NCBI GenBank assembly: GCA_020353515.1
Contig: CP070695.1
Coordinates: 1,829,435-1,893,434, forward strand
DNA: 64,000 nt
Direction of reading: 5' to 3'
Source of the DNA: Candidatus Heimdallarchaeota archaeon
Lineage (GTDB): Archaea; Asgardarchaeota; Heimdallarchaeia; Hodarchaeales; Hodarchaeaceae
The notes under the pieces are model-generated. The model had not been told where the DNA came from. It searched no databases and saw only the letters and a program-made list of their open reading frames with translations. The position numbers and the translations under genes are program-made. Below are positions 1-10,529 of this stretch, one piece after another. How positions within the stretch are numbered: the first letter of the stretch is position 1; each line of letters begins with the position of its first letter.

Positions 1-849
1 GGAGCAATTGATGGTATCGATGCTTTTTGGGCTACTGGAGTAGAAAGAAAAGACATTATTGTCGGTTCAGCAAGTTCTACAGGAGCGTTACGAAGATTGA
101 GAAAAACTCCAAAAAAAGAATACGTTAGCCGACTTGTTCAATGTTGTCAAATCGATAAAGGTCTATGGGTAGAGTTAATCCCATTTAATAATGTAGGTAC
201 CTCTCTTACTTGGCTTGCGGATAATTTCAGCTATTTGTTTGAAAATTATCTTACTGAAGATGCCCAATTAGATATTATAAGATTAGAGGGAGAGACAGAA
301 GATAAACTTGAAGAAAAGATTGGAGATTTGAAATCGTATCTCTTGAAACTCCCATTATACTTCCCATATATTGAAGGGGAACCCAGAGGGCCTAATGGAA
401 GAGGGAGAATAAGGGGAGGTTTTATATTCCAAATGGAACGACGAAAAAATAAAAAATGTGTTGACTTATACCTTTCAGTATTGATTGGTATTGTGAATAT
501 GTACAGACATAATCTTGAAGTTCTCGACCCTCCAGATGACTGTAAGGAAATTCGACTAACAGGGCTAATTGCTCAGAAGTCACGACTATTCTTAAGATTA
601 TTGGCATCATTGACAAACAAAAACATCGTTATAATGAGAACTGATCAATCGATAGCATGGGCAACTGGTATGAGGGCCCTAACTTACATTAATATTCTAG
701 ATACCATGCCAAAAGTTTCTGTACTAGACTCCATTTTACCAGAAAATAGTGAAATTCAACAATGTCTTGCACTCCTCTATAAAAAATACATGGAAGTCTA
801 TAACACACCAATGAATTATCAGATCACTCATTCGGAAAGAGAAATCTAA
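1..849 (+). CDS. FGGY-family carbohydrate kinase, probable gluconokinase (5'-truncated by the window edge)
   Basis: Frame is open from base 1 (GAIDGIDAFWATG..IVGSASSTG). FGGY C-terminal motifs PYIEGEPRGP and LTGLIAQ..; directly upstream of gnd. Confidence 0.7.
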   Translation, partial: GAIDGIDAFWATGVERKDIIVGSASSTGALRRLRKTPKKEYVSRLVQCCQIDKGLWVELIPFNNVGTSLTWLADNFSYLFENYLTEDAQLDIIRLEGETEDKLEEKIGDLKSYLLKLPLYFPYIEGEPRGPNGRGRIRGGFIFQMERRKNKKCVDLYLSVLIGIVNMYRHNLEVLDPPDDCKEIRLTGLIAQKSRLFLRLLASLTNKNIVIMRTDQSIAWATGMRALTYINILDTMPKVSVLDSILPENSEIQQCLALLYKKYMEVYNTPMNYQITHSEREI

Positions 850-918
850 AAAAATGAATTATTTAATCCTTATAAATTGACTGAGGGATTGAATCAACTA
901 CCAAAAATGTGAAATATA

Positions 919-2346
919 ATGAAAGCAGATATTGGTCTTATTGGACTAGCTACAATGGGTCAAAATTTAGCATTAAATATAGAAAGAAATCAATATACCA
1001 TTGCAGTATACAATAGGACTACAGAAAGACTTGATGAATTTATTAATGGAAAGGGGTTCGAGAAGAATATCATCGGGTGTTATGATGTTGAGAATCTCTG
1101 TAACACCTTAAAAAAACCTCGAATTATATTGTTGATGATAAAAGCTGGTAAACCTGTTGATGATTCCATTTCAATGCTCCTTCCATTCTTAGAACCAGGA
1201 GATATAATCATTGATGGAGGAAATTCCTTTTTTAGTGATACAATACGGAGATTAAAAAAACTAGAGAATAAAGGAATTCATTATCTAGGAGCGGGTATTT
1301 CGGGAGGTGAAGAGGGAGCATTAAAAGGACCTTCGATAATGCCAGGGGGATCATTGGAAGCTTGGAAACATGTAGAAGAGATCTTTACAAAAATTACAGC
1401 GAAAATCAATGGGGATCCATGTTGTAGTTACATTGGTTCTGATGGAGCAGGTCACTATGTTAAAATGGTGCATAATGGCATAGAATACTCTGATATGCAA
1501 CTGATTTCAGAGATATATTATATCTTAAAGAAATTTCTCAATTTGACTGCTTATGAATTAGCAAAAATATTCGCTGAATGGGATAAGGGGGATCTTAATT
1601 CTTACCTAATTAAAATTACCAGTAAAATTCTTTTAGAGGAAGATCCAGTCACAAAAAATCCTTTAGTTGACATGATTCTAGATTCTGCGAAACAAAAAGG
1701 GACTGGAAAATGGGCCAGTCAAGAAGCATTAGAGATGGGGGTACCTGTACCAAGTATCACAGAAGCAGTATATGCAAGGAATATTTCATCCAAAAGAGAG
1801 GAAAGGCTTGAAGCCTCCAAACTTTTGACAGGGCCCACCCCCCAATTTTCAGGAGAAAAATCTATCCTGGTTGAAGCAACACGTAAAGCACTCATTGCTG
1901 CTAAGATTTGTTCTTATGCTCAAGGATTCTCTTTACTTAAAGCAGCTTCAGATGAATACAAGTGGGAATTAAACCTCTCAAATATAGCTCAAATATGGCG
2001 TAACGGTTGTATTATACGAGCGCGATTCCTGAAACAAGTAAAGGTCGCTTTTCAACAAGATAAAGATCTTAGTAATCTTCTCTTAGATTCTTATTTCTCA
2101 GATGTTATTAAAACCAGCCAAGAAGATTGGAGATTTGTTGTTAACTTAGCTGTGGAGAATGGAATACCTATACCTGCCTTATCGTCAGCCCTATCTTATT
2201 ATGATAGCTATAGGAACCCTTCATTACCTGCTAATCTGATTCAGGCTCAAAGAGATTATTTTGGAGCTCATGGCTTTGAAAGAGTTGATAAAGAGCAAGG
2301 ACTAATCTATCATTATGAAAAGTGGGCTCCTCTTGACGAAGATTAA
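919..2346 (+). CDS. gnd: NADP-dependent 6-phosphogluconate dehydrogenase, decarboxylating (long form)
   Basis: IGLIGLATMGQN, YNRT, IIDGGN, SGGEEGA, VKMVHNGIEY, QKGTGKW, QAQRDYFGAH. Confidence 0.97.
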   Translation: MKADIGLIGLATMGQNLALNIERNQYTIAVYNRTTERLDEFINGKGFEKNIIGCYDVENLCNTLKKPRIILLMIKAGKPVDDSISMLLPFLEPGDIIIDGGNSFFSDTIRRLKKLENKGIHYLGAGISGGEEGALKGPSIMPGGSLEAWKHVEEIFTKITAKINGDPCCSYIGSDGAGHYVKMVHNGIEYSDMQLISEIYYILKKFLNLTAYELAKIFAEWDKGDLNSYLIKITSKILLEEDPVTKNPLVDMILDSAKQKGTGKWASQEALEMGVPVPSITEAVYARNISSKREERLEASKLLTGPTPQFSGEKSILVEATRKALIAAKICSYAQGFSLLKAASDEYKWELNLSNIAQIWRNGCIIRARFLKQVKVAFQQDKDLSNLLLDSYFSDVIKTSQEDWRFVVNLAVENGIPIPALSSALSYYDSYRNPSLPANLIQAQRDYFGAHGFERVDKEQGLIYHYEKWAPLDED

Positions 2347-2364
2347 CCTGAATTTTGCTACTAC

Positions 2365-3186
2365 TTAAACAGGGTAATATCGTTTAACTTGTTCATTATT
2401 CTGACTAGTCAAGGGAAATTCCAGATTAAACTTAATAAATGAGGATTGACAAGGTGGGCCTCTTGCTACATTGAACACTATCTTCGGATTCTTCCCAAAA
2501 TTAATCAAGATAAAGTAACTATAAACTGTCGTATAGGAATGATCTTGAAATGAGGAAAGCCCATGTCGGCATATTGCAGCCTTATTATGCGATCTCAAAA
2601 GAAAACGAATATCCTCAACATTAGAAGCATCTTTGAGTGTTTTTACGGATTCATTAAAACGATATACACTATGATCAATATTTAGCCTATCTTTAACTGG
2701 ATCAGCTTTTATTATGGCTTCAGTAGTCTCCAAGATTAAGTGGTGATTCGTTCGAACCATGTAATCATCTGATTGCTCACTAGCTAACTCGGAGGAGGTA
2801 AGTTCAATGGCAATTAACTGATCTGGGGTGGCTATAACCATATTACACCACTGATAATCCGTCCTTCCATGAACTTCTTCTTTACAAATATCAATTGCTT
2901 CCTCCACAGCCTTAGCTTCTAGAATAATCCGTTCAGTAAGCAAATCATAGGGTGAGTCCGAAGTAGCTAATATATTTGAGTTTACAGCCACCAGGTTATG
3001 ACGATTGACTCCGATTGAGAATCCAGCGGCCTTCTTACTACGAAGATTCACACCCCGCACTCCAAACGCATGGGAATGTTCAAAAGAAAGCTGATCAGAA
3101 TGGTTTTTGACTCTAAAATCTTTATTTTTGAATACAACTAAAATTTGTTCATCCTTAAAGATTTTCGCGCCTGTAGTGCACCCCAT
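2365..3186 (-). CDS. Ntn-hydrolase (C45/choloylglycine-hydrolase-like), Cys nucleophile
   Basis: N-terminal MGCTT, then FKNKD, GVN, RTNH, S..R, ICRH and GPPC, a typical C45-like pattern. Confidence 0.7.
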   Translation of the reverse strand: MGCTTGAKIFKDEQILVVFKNKDFRVKNHSDQLSFEHSHAFGVRGVNLRSKKAAGFSIGVNRHNLVAVNSNILATSDSPYDLLTERIILEAKAVEEAIDICKEEVHGRTDYQWCNMVIATPDQLIAIELTSSELASEQSDDYMVRTNHHLILETTEAIIKADPVKDRLNIDHSVYRFNESVKTLKDASNVEDIRFLLRSHNKAAICRHGLSSFQDHSYTTVYSYFILINFGKNPKIVFNVARGPPCQSSFIKFNLEFPLTSQNNEQVKRYYPV

Positions 3187-3312
3187 TCAATCACCATCAC
3201 AAAAAACATCTAGTATTAGGATAATTATGATTTTCTTAAGACTCTATCCGCTTATGACTCTTGGGAGAAAGACTTAGACACTCGAAGACAATGTCCTAAA
3301 AATAGGTTTAAA

Positions 3313-4287
3313 ATGGAAAACGAGGAATCTATAGCAAAATCCAAAGAGAAAGGATATGAGATAGGAGCATACCTTCTATTACTTGCAACAGCTGTCATTT
3401 GGGCTTTCACCTGGCCATTAGGCCGCTGGTTAGTATCCCCTGAAGTAGGTGGAGAAACAATTCCTCCTATGATTATTGCTTCTCTTCGATATTTACTAGT
3501 AATCCCTTGTTTCTTTTTAATTCTTAAAATAAAAGAGAAAAATCTAAACATTAGTTTTATGAAGAGTCATTGGAAGATTTTTGCCTTTATGGGTATAACC
3601 TCCGTAACTGTTTATCAGGCAGGATACTTAATTGGCGAATATTATACCTCTGCTAGTGATGCTGTTGTTATAGTGAGCAGTCATCCGATGTTAGTTTTAA
3701 TTTTTGCAAGCATAGTATTAAAAATGGAAAAATTAAATGGAATGAGAATTTTTGGAACATTATTGTCTTTTACAGGAATATTGTTGATCTTTGGCTTTTC
3801 TCCTAATGTTGATGTCCCTAATCGAATCTTGGGTGATATTCTGATTTTTCTTGGGGCAATATTTTATGCACAATACATAGTAGTATCACGATATTTCTTG
3901 AATAAATGTGAAAAGGAATCCTTCCAACCCTCTTCTTTGTATATCATTACTTGGGTATCATTTTTTGGATTACTTAGCACGATACCTGTATCATTAATCA
4001 TATCTCCAGAGTATATTAACCCAATTCTTTACTTTCAAGTTCCTGAAAGAGTTTGGTTCGGAGTGGCATATCTTGCATTTGTTTCAACAGTTCTAGGATA
4101 CTGGTTTTATCTTGAGGGAGTAAAGAGGCTGTCTGCAAGTCGGGCAGCAATATTTCAGAATCTGGTGCCGATATTTGGGGTCGGTCTTTCTGTTATTCTA
4201 TTAAATGAGATTTTTGACCCATTGATTCATATTTCATCAATTCTGCTAATAATAACTGGGATAACGCTTGTAAACAGAGGAAAATGA
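3313..4287 (+). CDS. DMT/EamA family transporter
   Basis: About 10 hydrophobic helices in two EamA halves; IWAFTW, LVPIFGV..LLNE. Confidence 0.9.
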   Translation: MENEESIAKSKEKGYEIGAYLLLLATAVIWAFTWPLGRWLVSPEVGGETIPPMIIASLRYLLVIPCFFLILKIKEKNLNISFMKSHWKIFAFMGITSVTVYQAGYLIGEYYTSASDAVVIVSSHPMLVLIFASIVLKMEKLNGMRIFGTLLSFTGILLIFGFSPNVDVPNRILGDILIFLGAIFYAQYIVVSRYFLNKCEKESFQPSSLYIITWVSFFGLLSTIPVSLIISPEYINPILYFQVPERVWFGVAYLAFVSTVLGYWFYLEGVKRLSASRAAIFQNLVPIFGVGLSVILLNEIFDPLIHISSILLIITGITLVNRGK

Positions 4288-4317
4288 GTGACACATTCAA
4301 TCATATTATATAATTAG

Positions 4318-5781
4318 TTGTACTCTAAGGAGACAAGTGAGAGTATGAAAGAGACATCTTTAATAATCCCATTAAGAAAGATCCTCCCTATAACTGCCAT
4401 CGGAACATTTATGTCTGCCATGGATGGAAGTATAGTTAACATTTCCTTATTTACGATTGCAGGTGCATTGAACACGAACATGGAAGGAGTCAGATGGGTA
4501 ACCATAATTTATCTTCTTGTTATTTCATCTTTAATTGGAATTGGGGGATCTTTGGGAGATAATTATGGCAGGAAAAAGATCTTCCAGCTTGGAATGCTAT
4601 TATTTATTTTGGGATCCTTCTTCTGTGCTTTCTCTCCTACTCTAGAAATACTGGTTCTCTCTCGGGCCCTACAAGCAATTGGAGCAGCTGGTCTTATGGC
4701 AAATGGATTAGCCTTAGTAATTACATATGTTGAGCCATCAGTAAGGGGACGCGCGATTGGTATAAATTCATTAGTTGTTGCATCCGCTCTTTCTACTGGG
4801 CCAGCTTTAGGTGGGATTTTAACGAGATATGTGGGATGGCCAAGTATATTTCTAATAAATATACCAATAGGATTTCTTGGAATACTACTTGTTCAATATT
4901 TTATTCCAGAAACTTCAGAAAAACGGTATAAACTTGATTTCGGGGGAATGGTTACTTTTATTATCACAGCTTTCTCTCTAGTTCAAGGAATTTTAACCTT
5001 GTTCAAAGGGGAACTCATTGGTGGAATACTCATTATGCTTGCCTTAGTTTGTGGTTTTATTTTCATTCGTATAGAAAGTAACCACACAACTCCGATGATA
5101 TCCATTGACATTCTACGGGATAAAACAATTTTAACTGGTATCATTTCTTCTTTTCTTTGTTACATGGTTTATTATAGCGTAGTTTTTCTTTTACCATTCT
5201 ATTATCAGGAGGTTCTCTTATTTGCACCAGATCAAACTGGAATCTTGATGGTCGTTCCCCCTCTCGCAATGGCGGTCATGGGCCCATTTGCAGGGTTTTT
5301 TGCCGAGAGAATTGATGCTAAACGGTCTACCTCATTTGGTGCTGTAATGCTAAGTTTTTTTGTATTATCACTTGCGTTTTTATTTACCATATTCCCCAAT
5401 AATTCGAGGGAGATTGTTTTTATTCTTGTACCATTAGTGGCGTTTTCAGCAGGGTCTTTAACTACATTTACTGTTTCAAATGGAACTTCTGTGATGAATG
5501 CAGCCCCTAAAGGTGATGTTAGTGTGGTAACTGGCCTTGTTGGCTTATCGAGAAATATAGGATTTGCATTAGGTACAACAATAAGTTCTTCTTTTTTTGC
5601 CTTATTCTTCTTGATAAACAATCCAAACAATATCACTTTAGGAGTGACGTTTATTTCAAGCTATTATATTAGTTTAGGGCAAACTTTCATTCTTTTTTCA
5701 ATATTTGCACTATTAGGTGCTATTATTTCTTATTTGAGAAGCTCTGACAAAATTGTCGAAAAAAACAAATCCACTACTTAA
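4318..5781 (+). CDS. MFS efflux transporter, DHA2 (14-TM) family; start may be ATG 4345
   Basis: D.SIVNISL motif, GSLGDNYGRKK motif A, RALQAIG, GPALGG motif C. Confidence 0.92.
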   Translation: MYSKETSESMKETSLIIPLRKILPITAIGTFMSAMDGSIVNISLFTIAGALNTNMEGVRWVTIIYLLVISSLIGIGGSLGDNYGRKKIFQLGMLLFILGSFFCAFSPTLEILVLSRALQAIGAAGLMANGLALVITYVEPSVRGRAIGINSLVVASALSTGPALGGILTRYVGWPSIFLINIPIGFLGILLVQYFIPETSEKRYKLDFGGMVTFIITAFSLVQGILTLFKGELIGGILIMLALVCGFIFIRIESNHTTPMISIDILRDKTILTGIISSFLCYMVYYSVVFLLPFYYQEVLLFAPDQTGILMVVPPLAMAVMGPFAGFFAERIDAKRSTSFGAVMLSFFVLSLAFLFTIFPNNSREIVFILVPLVAFSAGSLTTFTVSNGTSVMNAAPKGDVSVVTGLVGLSRNIGFALGTTISSSFFALFFLINNPNNITLGVTFISSYYISLGQTFILFSIFALLGAIISYLRSSDKIVEKNKSTT

Positions 5782-5865
5782 TCTACGATAGAAAAGTACC
5801 CAATGCGAATTGAGAATAGGTTTAAAAAGATTTGAGGACGACATTTTCTTCAGGAGGATGATCAA

Positions 5866-6951
5866 ATGGTAAAAGCGGTCATAATGAAAGAAGACGGAAC
5901 AATTGAATTACAGGAACAGCCATATCCAAATTTGGAACCAGGAGCCGTTTTAATAAAAACTGCTTACTCGGAGGTCTGTGGAACAGATGTACATCTCCAG
6001 AAAGGTCATTTAGATGAGGTTCCTTATCCAATTATTCCCGGACACGTATCTACTGGAACCATAGAAGAATTAAATGGTGATATTTATGATATTGACGGGA
6101 TTAAACTTCAAAAAGGGGATCCAATTACGTTCTTGGATGTCCATGAATCTTGCAACAACTGCTGGTACTGTCTTGTTGCAAAAGCAAGTACTCGTTGTCC
6201 AAGAAGAAAAGTTTACGGAATCACATATTCAGCAAAAGAGGGGCTTCTTGGTGGTTGGTCTGAATATATTTATCTTAAACCTGGTGTTAAAATTATTAAG
6301 CTTCCGTATAACGCTTTTATGAAGACATTCATGGCAGCAGGGTGTGGATTGCCCACTGCAATTCATGCAATACAACGATCGGAAATCAAGTTAGGGAATA
6401 CAGTTGCTATCCAGGGATCAGGACCTGTCGGGTTGATGGCAGCATTATTAGCAAAATTAAGTGGAGCATTTCACGTAATCATGATTGGAGGTCCTGATCA
6501 TCGCTTGAAGATCGCTAATTATTATGGGATTGACACTTCAATTAATATAATGGATTTTGATCCACAAGCTCGTGTTAGGCAAGTATTAGAACACACACAC
6601 AATCGGGGGGCTGATGTGACTATAGAAGCTACAGGTGTTCCTACAGCAGTTAAAGAGGGGTTAGAAATGACTAGAGATGGGGGAACATATACTATTGTTG
6701 GCCAATATACAAATGCGGGGAATGTAGAGATTAATCCGCACTTGGACATTAATAAAAAGCATTTGACAATAAAAGGATCTTGGGGTAGCGATTTCAGCCA
6801 TTTCTATTTAGCGGTTGATTTTCTTAAGCGGTATTCTACAATTTACCCCTTTAAGAATCTCATCAGTCATGAATACTCGTTAGAAGAAGCTGCTAAGGCT
6901 TTAGATGATGTTGAGCATCTCCGAGTCATGAAAGCGATTATTAAACCTTAA
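5866..6951 (+). CDS. Zn-dependent medium-chain alcohol dehydrogenase
   Basis: CGTD, PGH, C-xx-C-xx-C-x7-C structural Zn site, GSGPVG; SD AGGAGG upstream. Confidence 0.92.
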   Translation: MVKAVIMKEDGTIELQEQPYPNLEPGAVLIKTAYSEVCGTDVHLQKGHLDEVPYPIIPGHVSTGTIEELNGDIYDIDGIKLQKGDPITFLDVHESCNNCWYCLVAKASTRCPRRKVYGITYSAKEGLLGGWSEYIYLKPGVKIIKLPYNAFMKTFMAAGCGLPTAIHAIQRSEIKLGNTVAIQGSGPVGLMAALLAKLSGAFHVIMIGGPDHRLKIANYYGIDTSINIMDFDPQARVRQVLEHTHNRGADVTIEATGVPTAVKEGLEMTRDGGTYTIVGQYTNAGNVEINPHLDINKKHLTIKGSWGSDFSHFYLAVDFLKRYSTIYPFKNLISHEYSLEEAAKALDDVEHLRVMKAIIKP

Positions 6952-6984
6952 GAATACCACAAACCAATCGGAGGTAACTAATTT

Positions 6985-7848
6985 TTGAAGATCATTCTCA
7001 TAAACGTTCCATTTCATCTAGGCAAGGAAAATGTAGGTATGGGAATGGGACCAGTCCGCTATTTAGAAGCGGGAATCGACCAAAATTTGAAGGATCAAGG
7101 TTATAAGGTAAAAGTTGAGAAAATACAGCTTGTTAAGCAAAATAACGATGTGATGACAACTATTGCTATGTTGAATAATTCCTTAGGAAAAGTTGTTAAA
7201 AAGGCATTAAAGGATGGTTTCTTTCCATTTATTCTTGGAGGAAACTGCAATACATGTTTAGGTACACTCGCTGGATTTGATGAACCAAAACCAGGAATAA
7301 TCTGGTTTGATGCTCATGGTGATTTTAATACTCCAGAAACAACTCCTAGTGGCTTTCTTGACGGTATGGGACTAGCAATCGCAACAGGTCAGTGTTTTTA
7401 TGACATAAACACTATAATTGAAAATATGCAACCGATTCAAGAATCTTGGACGTTACATATCGGGGCACGTGATTTGGATCCCGAAGAACGCGAACTTCTT
7501 GAAAGTACCGAAGTTCTTGTCGTTGATAATATCACATTGAAGAAGAAAGGAATACGAAAGGGACTTCTACCGAAGTTAACTGAACTTCGATCGCAGACTC
7601 AAGAAATTTATCTCCATATTGACATTGATATTATTGATCCCTCAGAAGCTCCAGGTGTTGATTTTCCTACATCTGAAGGCCTCCTTCTAGATGAAATAGA
7701 AACAGCTCTCAAGTTAATTGGTGAAAAACTACAGATAAAAGCTGCAGCTCTTACAGCTTACAATCCAGAAAAAGACATTGCGAATAAAACCCTTCAGACT
7801 GGATTCAAACTGATAAATACAATCCTAGAGATAGTTGAAAATCAATAA
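6985..7848 (+). CDS. Arginase/ureohydrolase family protein
   Basis: GGNC, DAHGDFNTPET, GARD, HIDIDIIDP..APG; TTG start after GGAGGT. Confidence 0.88.
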   Translation: MKIILINVPFHLGKENVGMGMGPVRYLEAGIDQNLKDQGYKVKVEKIQLVKQNNDVMTTIAMLNNSLGKVVKKALKDGFFPFILGGNCNTCLGTLAGFDEPKPGIIWFDAHGDFNTPETTPSGFLDGMGLAIATGQCFYDINTIIENMQPIQESWTLHIGARDLDPEERELLESTEVLVVDNITLKKKGIRKGLLPKLTELRSQTQEIYLHIDIDIIDPSEAPGVDFPTSEGLLLDEIETALKLIGEKLQIKAAALTAYNPEKDIANKTLQTGFKLINTILEIVENQ

Positions 7849-7860
7849 AGGTGCATTAAT

Positions 7861-8193
7861 TTGTTAAAATGGAAAGATTTTGAGAAGGTTGATATGCGCG
7901 TTGGCACAATCATTGAAGTGACAGACTTTCCAGCAGCAAGAAAACCATCTTATAAATTTAAAATCGATTTTGGATCTCTAGGAGTAAAAAAATCATCAGC
8001 ACAGATCATCTCATTGTATAAGAAAGAAGATCTTATTAATCGTCAAGTTATTGCTGTTGTAAACTTTCCTCCAAAACAAATTGCTGATTTTATGTCTGAA
8101 GTTCTCATTTTAGGAGTATTAATGGAAAAGAAAGGGGAAGTAGTTTTACTTCAACCTGAAAGAAAAGTACCGAATGGTCTCAAGATAGCCTAG
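7861..8193 (+). CDS. csaA: CsaA/Trbp111-like tRNA-binding OB-fold chaperone
   Basis: DMRVGTI, ARKPSYK..IDFG, SSAQI, VVNFPPKQIA.FMSEVL.LG. Confidence 0.9.
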   Translation: MLKWKDFEKVDMRVGTIIEVTDFPAARKPSYKFKIDFGSLGVKKSSAQIISLYKKEDLINRQVIAVVNFPPKQIADFMSEVLILGVLMEKKGEVVLLQPERKVPNGLKIA

Positions 8194-8248
8194 TATTTTT
8201 TAGCGTGAAATAATTCTCCTTAATTACTAGCGTATCGCATGTGGTGAT

Positions 8249-9181
8249 GTGTTGGAATTTGGTGCTAAAACAGAATATGACCCTTTGCGAAAAGTACTAA
8301 TGTATCGTCCTGGAAAAGAAATCTCGCAAGTTACAAAAGACACATACCAAGAACTAACGTTTCGTGACGTTGTTTACTGGCGTCGATTCCAACAAGAGCA
8401 TGATGCTTTCTGTGATCTGCTACGAGGGGAGAATATTGAGGTTATTTTGCTTAATGACCTCCTTGAAGAGCAGGACTTCTCAGTTATTGATCCAAACTTG
8501 GTCTATACTCGAGATACAGGTGCAATCACCAAAGCGGGGTTTATCCAGATGCGTATGGCTCATCAAGTACGAAGGCCTGAGCCACCTCTTGTAGCCCGAT
8601 CATTGAAAAAACTTGGAATCCCTCTACTTGTGTCAATTGATGCTCCTGGACTATTAGAAGGGGGGGATTTCGTTTATCCTGATGAAGATACCTTAATGAT
8701 TGGTTCCAATGGAATTAGGACAAACGAAGAAGGGATCTCTCAAGCATCAAAAGCGATTTTGGAGAAAAAAATTGTTGACACAGTAGTTTATGTTCCACTT
8801 CCCTCTTGGCGAGTACATCTAGATGGAGGCCTTATGTTTGTCGATCAGGATCTTTTTATCTATCATCCTGCTTCTGTAGAGACCTTTCCCTTACGAATAA
8901 TACGTAATAATGAACCAATTGAATTTAAACCATTGATGGATTTCATTAAAGAGAATTATGATGCTGAGGGAATTCCTATTTCTGATAATGAATTATATCT
9001 ATTTGGTGCTAATGTTGTATGTTTAGATCAGAGAAAAGTTGTTATTTATGAATGGAATGAACGTATTAAAGACGAATTGCAGGATCGTAATGTAGAGGTG
9101 TTATCCATTCAAGCAGGAGAACTTTCTCGTGGTGGTGGAGGGCCACATTGTATGACATTACCTATTTTACGAAAGAAATAG
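8249..9181 (+). CDS. Arginine deiminase/amidinotransferase (pentein) family enzyme
   Basis: PNLVYTRD, LEGGD, HLD and GGGPHCMT with the catalytic Cys; 310 aa short form. Confidence 0.88.
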   Translation: MLEFGAKTEYDPLRKVLMYRPGKEISQVTKDTYQELTFRDVVYWRRFQQEHDAFCDLLRGENIEVILLNDLLEEQDFSVIDPNLVYTRDTGAITKAGFIQMRMAHQVRRPEPPLVARSLKKLGIPLLVSIDAPGLLEGGDFVYPDEDTLMIGSNGIRTNEEGISQASKAILEKKIVDTVVYVPLPSWRVHLDGGLMFVDQDLFIYHPASVETFPLRIIRNNEPIEFKPLMDFIKENYDAEGIPISDNELYLFGANVVCLDQRKVVIYEWNERIKDELQDRNVEVLSIQAGELSRGGGGPHCMTLPILRKK

Positions 9182-9199
9182 TAACAGGTACAAGATGAG

Positions 9200-9985
9200 T
9201 TGAAAATGACCAGAAGTGAAATTTCAGTATGTCTAACATTCGATTTTGATGCTGATAGTGCTCAAATCCGACAACTTGAAGAACCAGGGAGAATTTCAAA
9301 AGGGTTATTTGCAGTCCGTAGAGGCTTACCAAGAATTCTTTCTCTACTCAATAAACACGATATCAAAGCAACATTTTTTGTTTGTGGTTGGGTAGCCGAG
9401 AAATACCCTGAATTAACGAAAGAAATTGTTGAAAAACAACACGAGATCGCAGCTCACGGATACCTCCATGAATATTTTGATACTCTCTCAATCTATGACG
9501 AGAAAACCATTATTGATAACACAACAAAAATTCTAAAAGAATTCACAGACAAAATATATGGATTTCGAGCGCCTTACTTCAAACTCTCATCAAATACCTT
9601 GCAATTACACGCAGAAGCAGGATATATCTATGATTCTAGTTTAATGGCAGATGATCACCCTTATCTTCTGAGCTTTCCTGAATTGAAATATAAAATGATT
9701 GAGTTCCCAGTAGAGTGGTTTCTAGATGATTGGGTCATCTTTGAAACCCATCAACACTCCCCCGAAGTTGCCTTTAATATCTGGAAGAAACAATTTGACG
9801 CTATTCTCGAGATGGAAGATATTGCACCTGGTTACCGAATAATGAACTATACTTTTCATCCAGCCTGTATAGGTCATGCGTATCGAATTAACGTGTTAGA
9901 TCGCTTGATCTCTTATATGAAGACAAAAAATACGAAATTTGTCAGAATGATGGATGTAGCAAAAGAATTATTAACAAATAAATGA
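9200..9985 (+). CDS. Polysaccharide deacetylase (CE4, PuuE/PgdA-like)
   Basis: TFDFD, ATFF, AHGYLH, GFRAPY, YDSS, FHP. Confidence 0.88.
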   Translation: MKMTRSEISVCLTFDFDADSAQIRQLEEPGRISKGLFAVRRGLPRILSLLNKHDIKATFFVCGWVAEKYPELTKEIVEKQHEIAAHGYLHEYFDTLSIYDEKTIIDNTTKILKEFTDKIYGFRAPYFKLSSNTLQLHAEAGYIYDSSLMADDHPYLLSFPELKYKMIEFPVEWFLDDWVIFETHQHSPEVAFNIWKKQFDAILEMEDIAPGYRIMNYTFHPACIGHAYRINVLDRLISYMKTKNTKFVRMMDVAKELLTNK

Positions 9986-10014
9986 GATCGAGAAAATAAT
10001 AAAGGTGATAAAGC

Positions 10015-10476
10015 ATGAAACAAGTACACAGACTCTTAACATCTGCAGCTGAACGTCATTTTGAAGAAACCCAATTACTAATAGAACAATTAGATGATCA
10101 AAGTATTATCAGTGAACCTGTTCAAACAGGACGGCCACTCGGAGAAATAGTGCTTCATATGATCCGCTCACTCGAATTCTATTCACGAGGTCTAGCTACT
10201 GATCATTGGGAGCCATTAACCTATAATTTATCTGATTATGAATCAGCCCAAGAAATAAATAATCTATACAATGACGTAGTCAAGAAAGTTCTGACTTATC
10301 TCAAAGAAATAGCTCCTGATGACTTAAATGTTATCATAAAAAACTTCAATCGATCGGCCACTAAAGAAGAAATTCTCTTGGAGATGTTAGAACATAGTAT
10401 CCAACATAGAGGGCAACTACTTGTATATCTTCGCTTGGTGAATGTAGAACCTGCGAAAATACCTTACATTGTGTAA
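10015..10476 (+). CDS. DinB/YfiT-like four-helix protein
   Basis: EIVLH and EHSIQHRGQL..YLR His triad. Confidence 0.85.
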   Translation: MKQVHRLLTSAAERHFEETQLLIEQLDDQSIISEPVQTGRPLGEIVLHMIRSLEFYSRGLATDHWEPLTYNLSDYESAQEINNLYNDVVKKVLTYLKEIAPDDLNVIIKNFNRSATKEEILLEMLEHSIQHRGQLLVYLRLVNVEPAKIPYIV

Positions 10477-10529
10477 ATGATTCTCCAAGCCAAATATGCT
10501 AGCTCACAAAGGAAATGAGTCGAAAGTAG

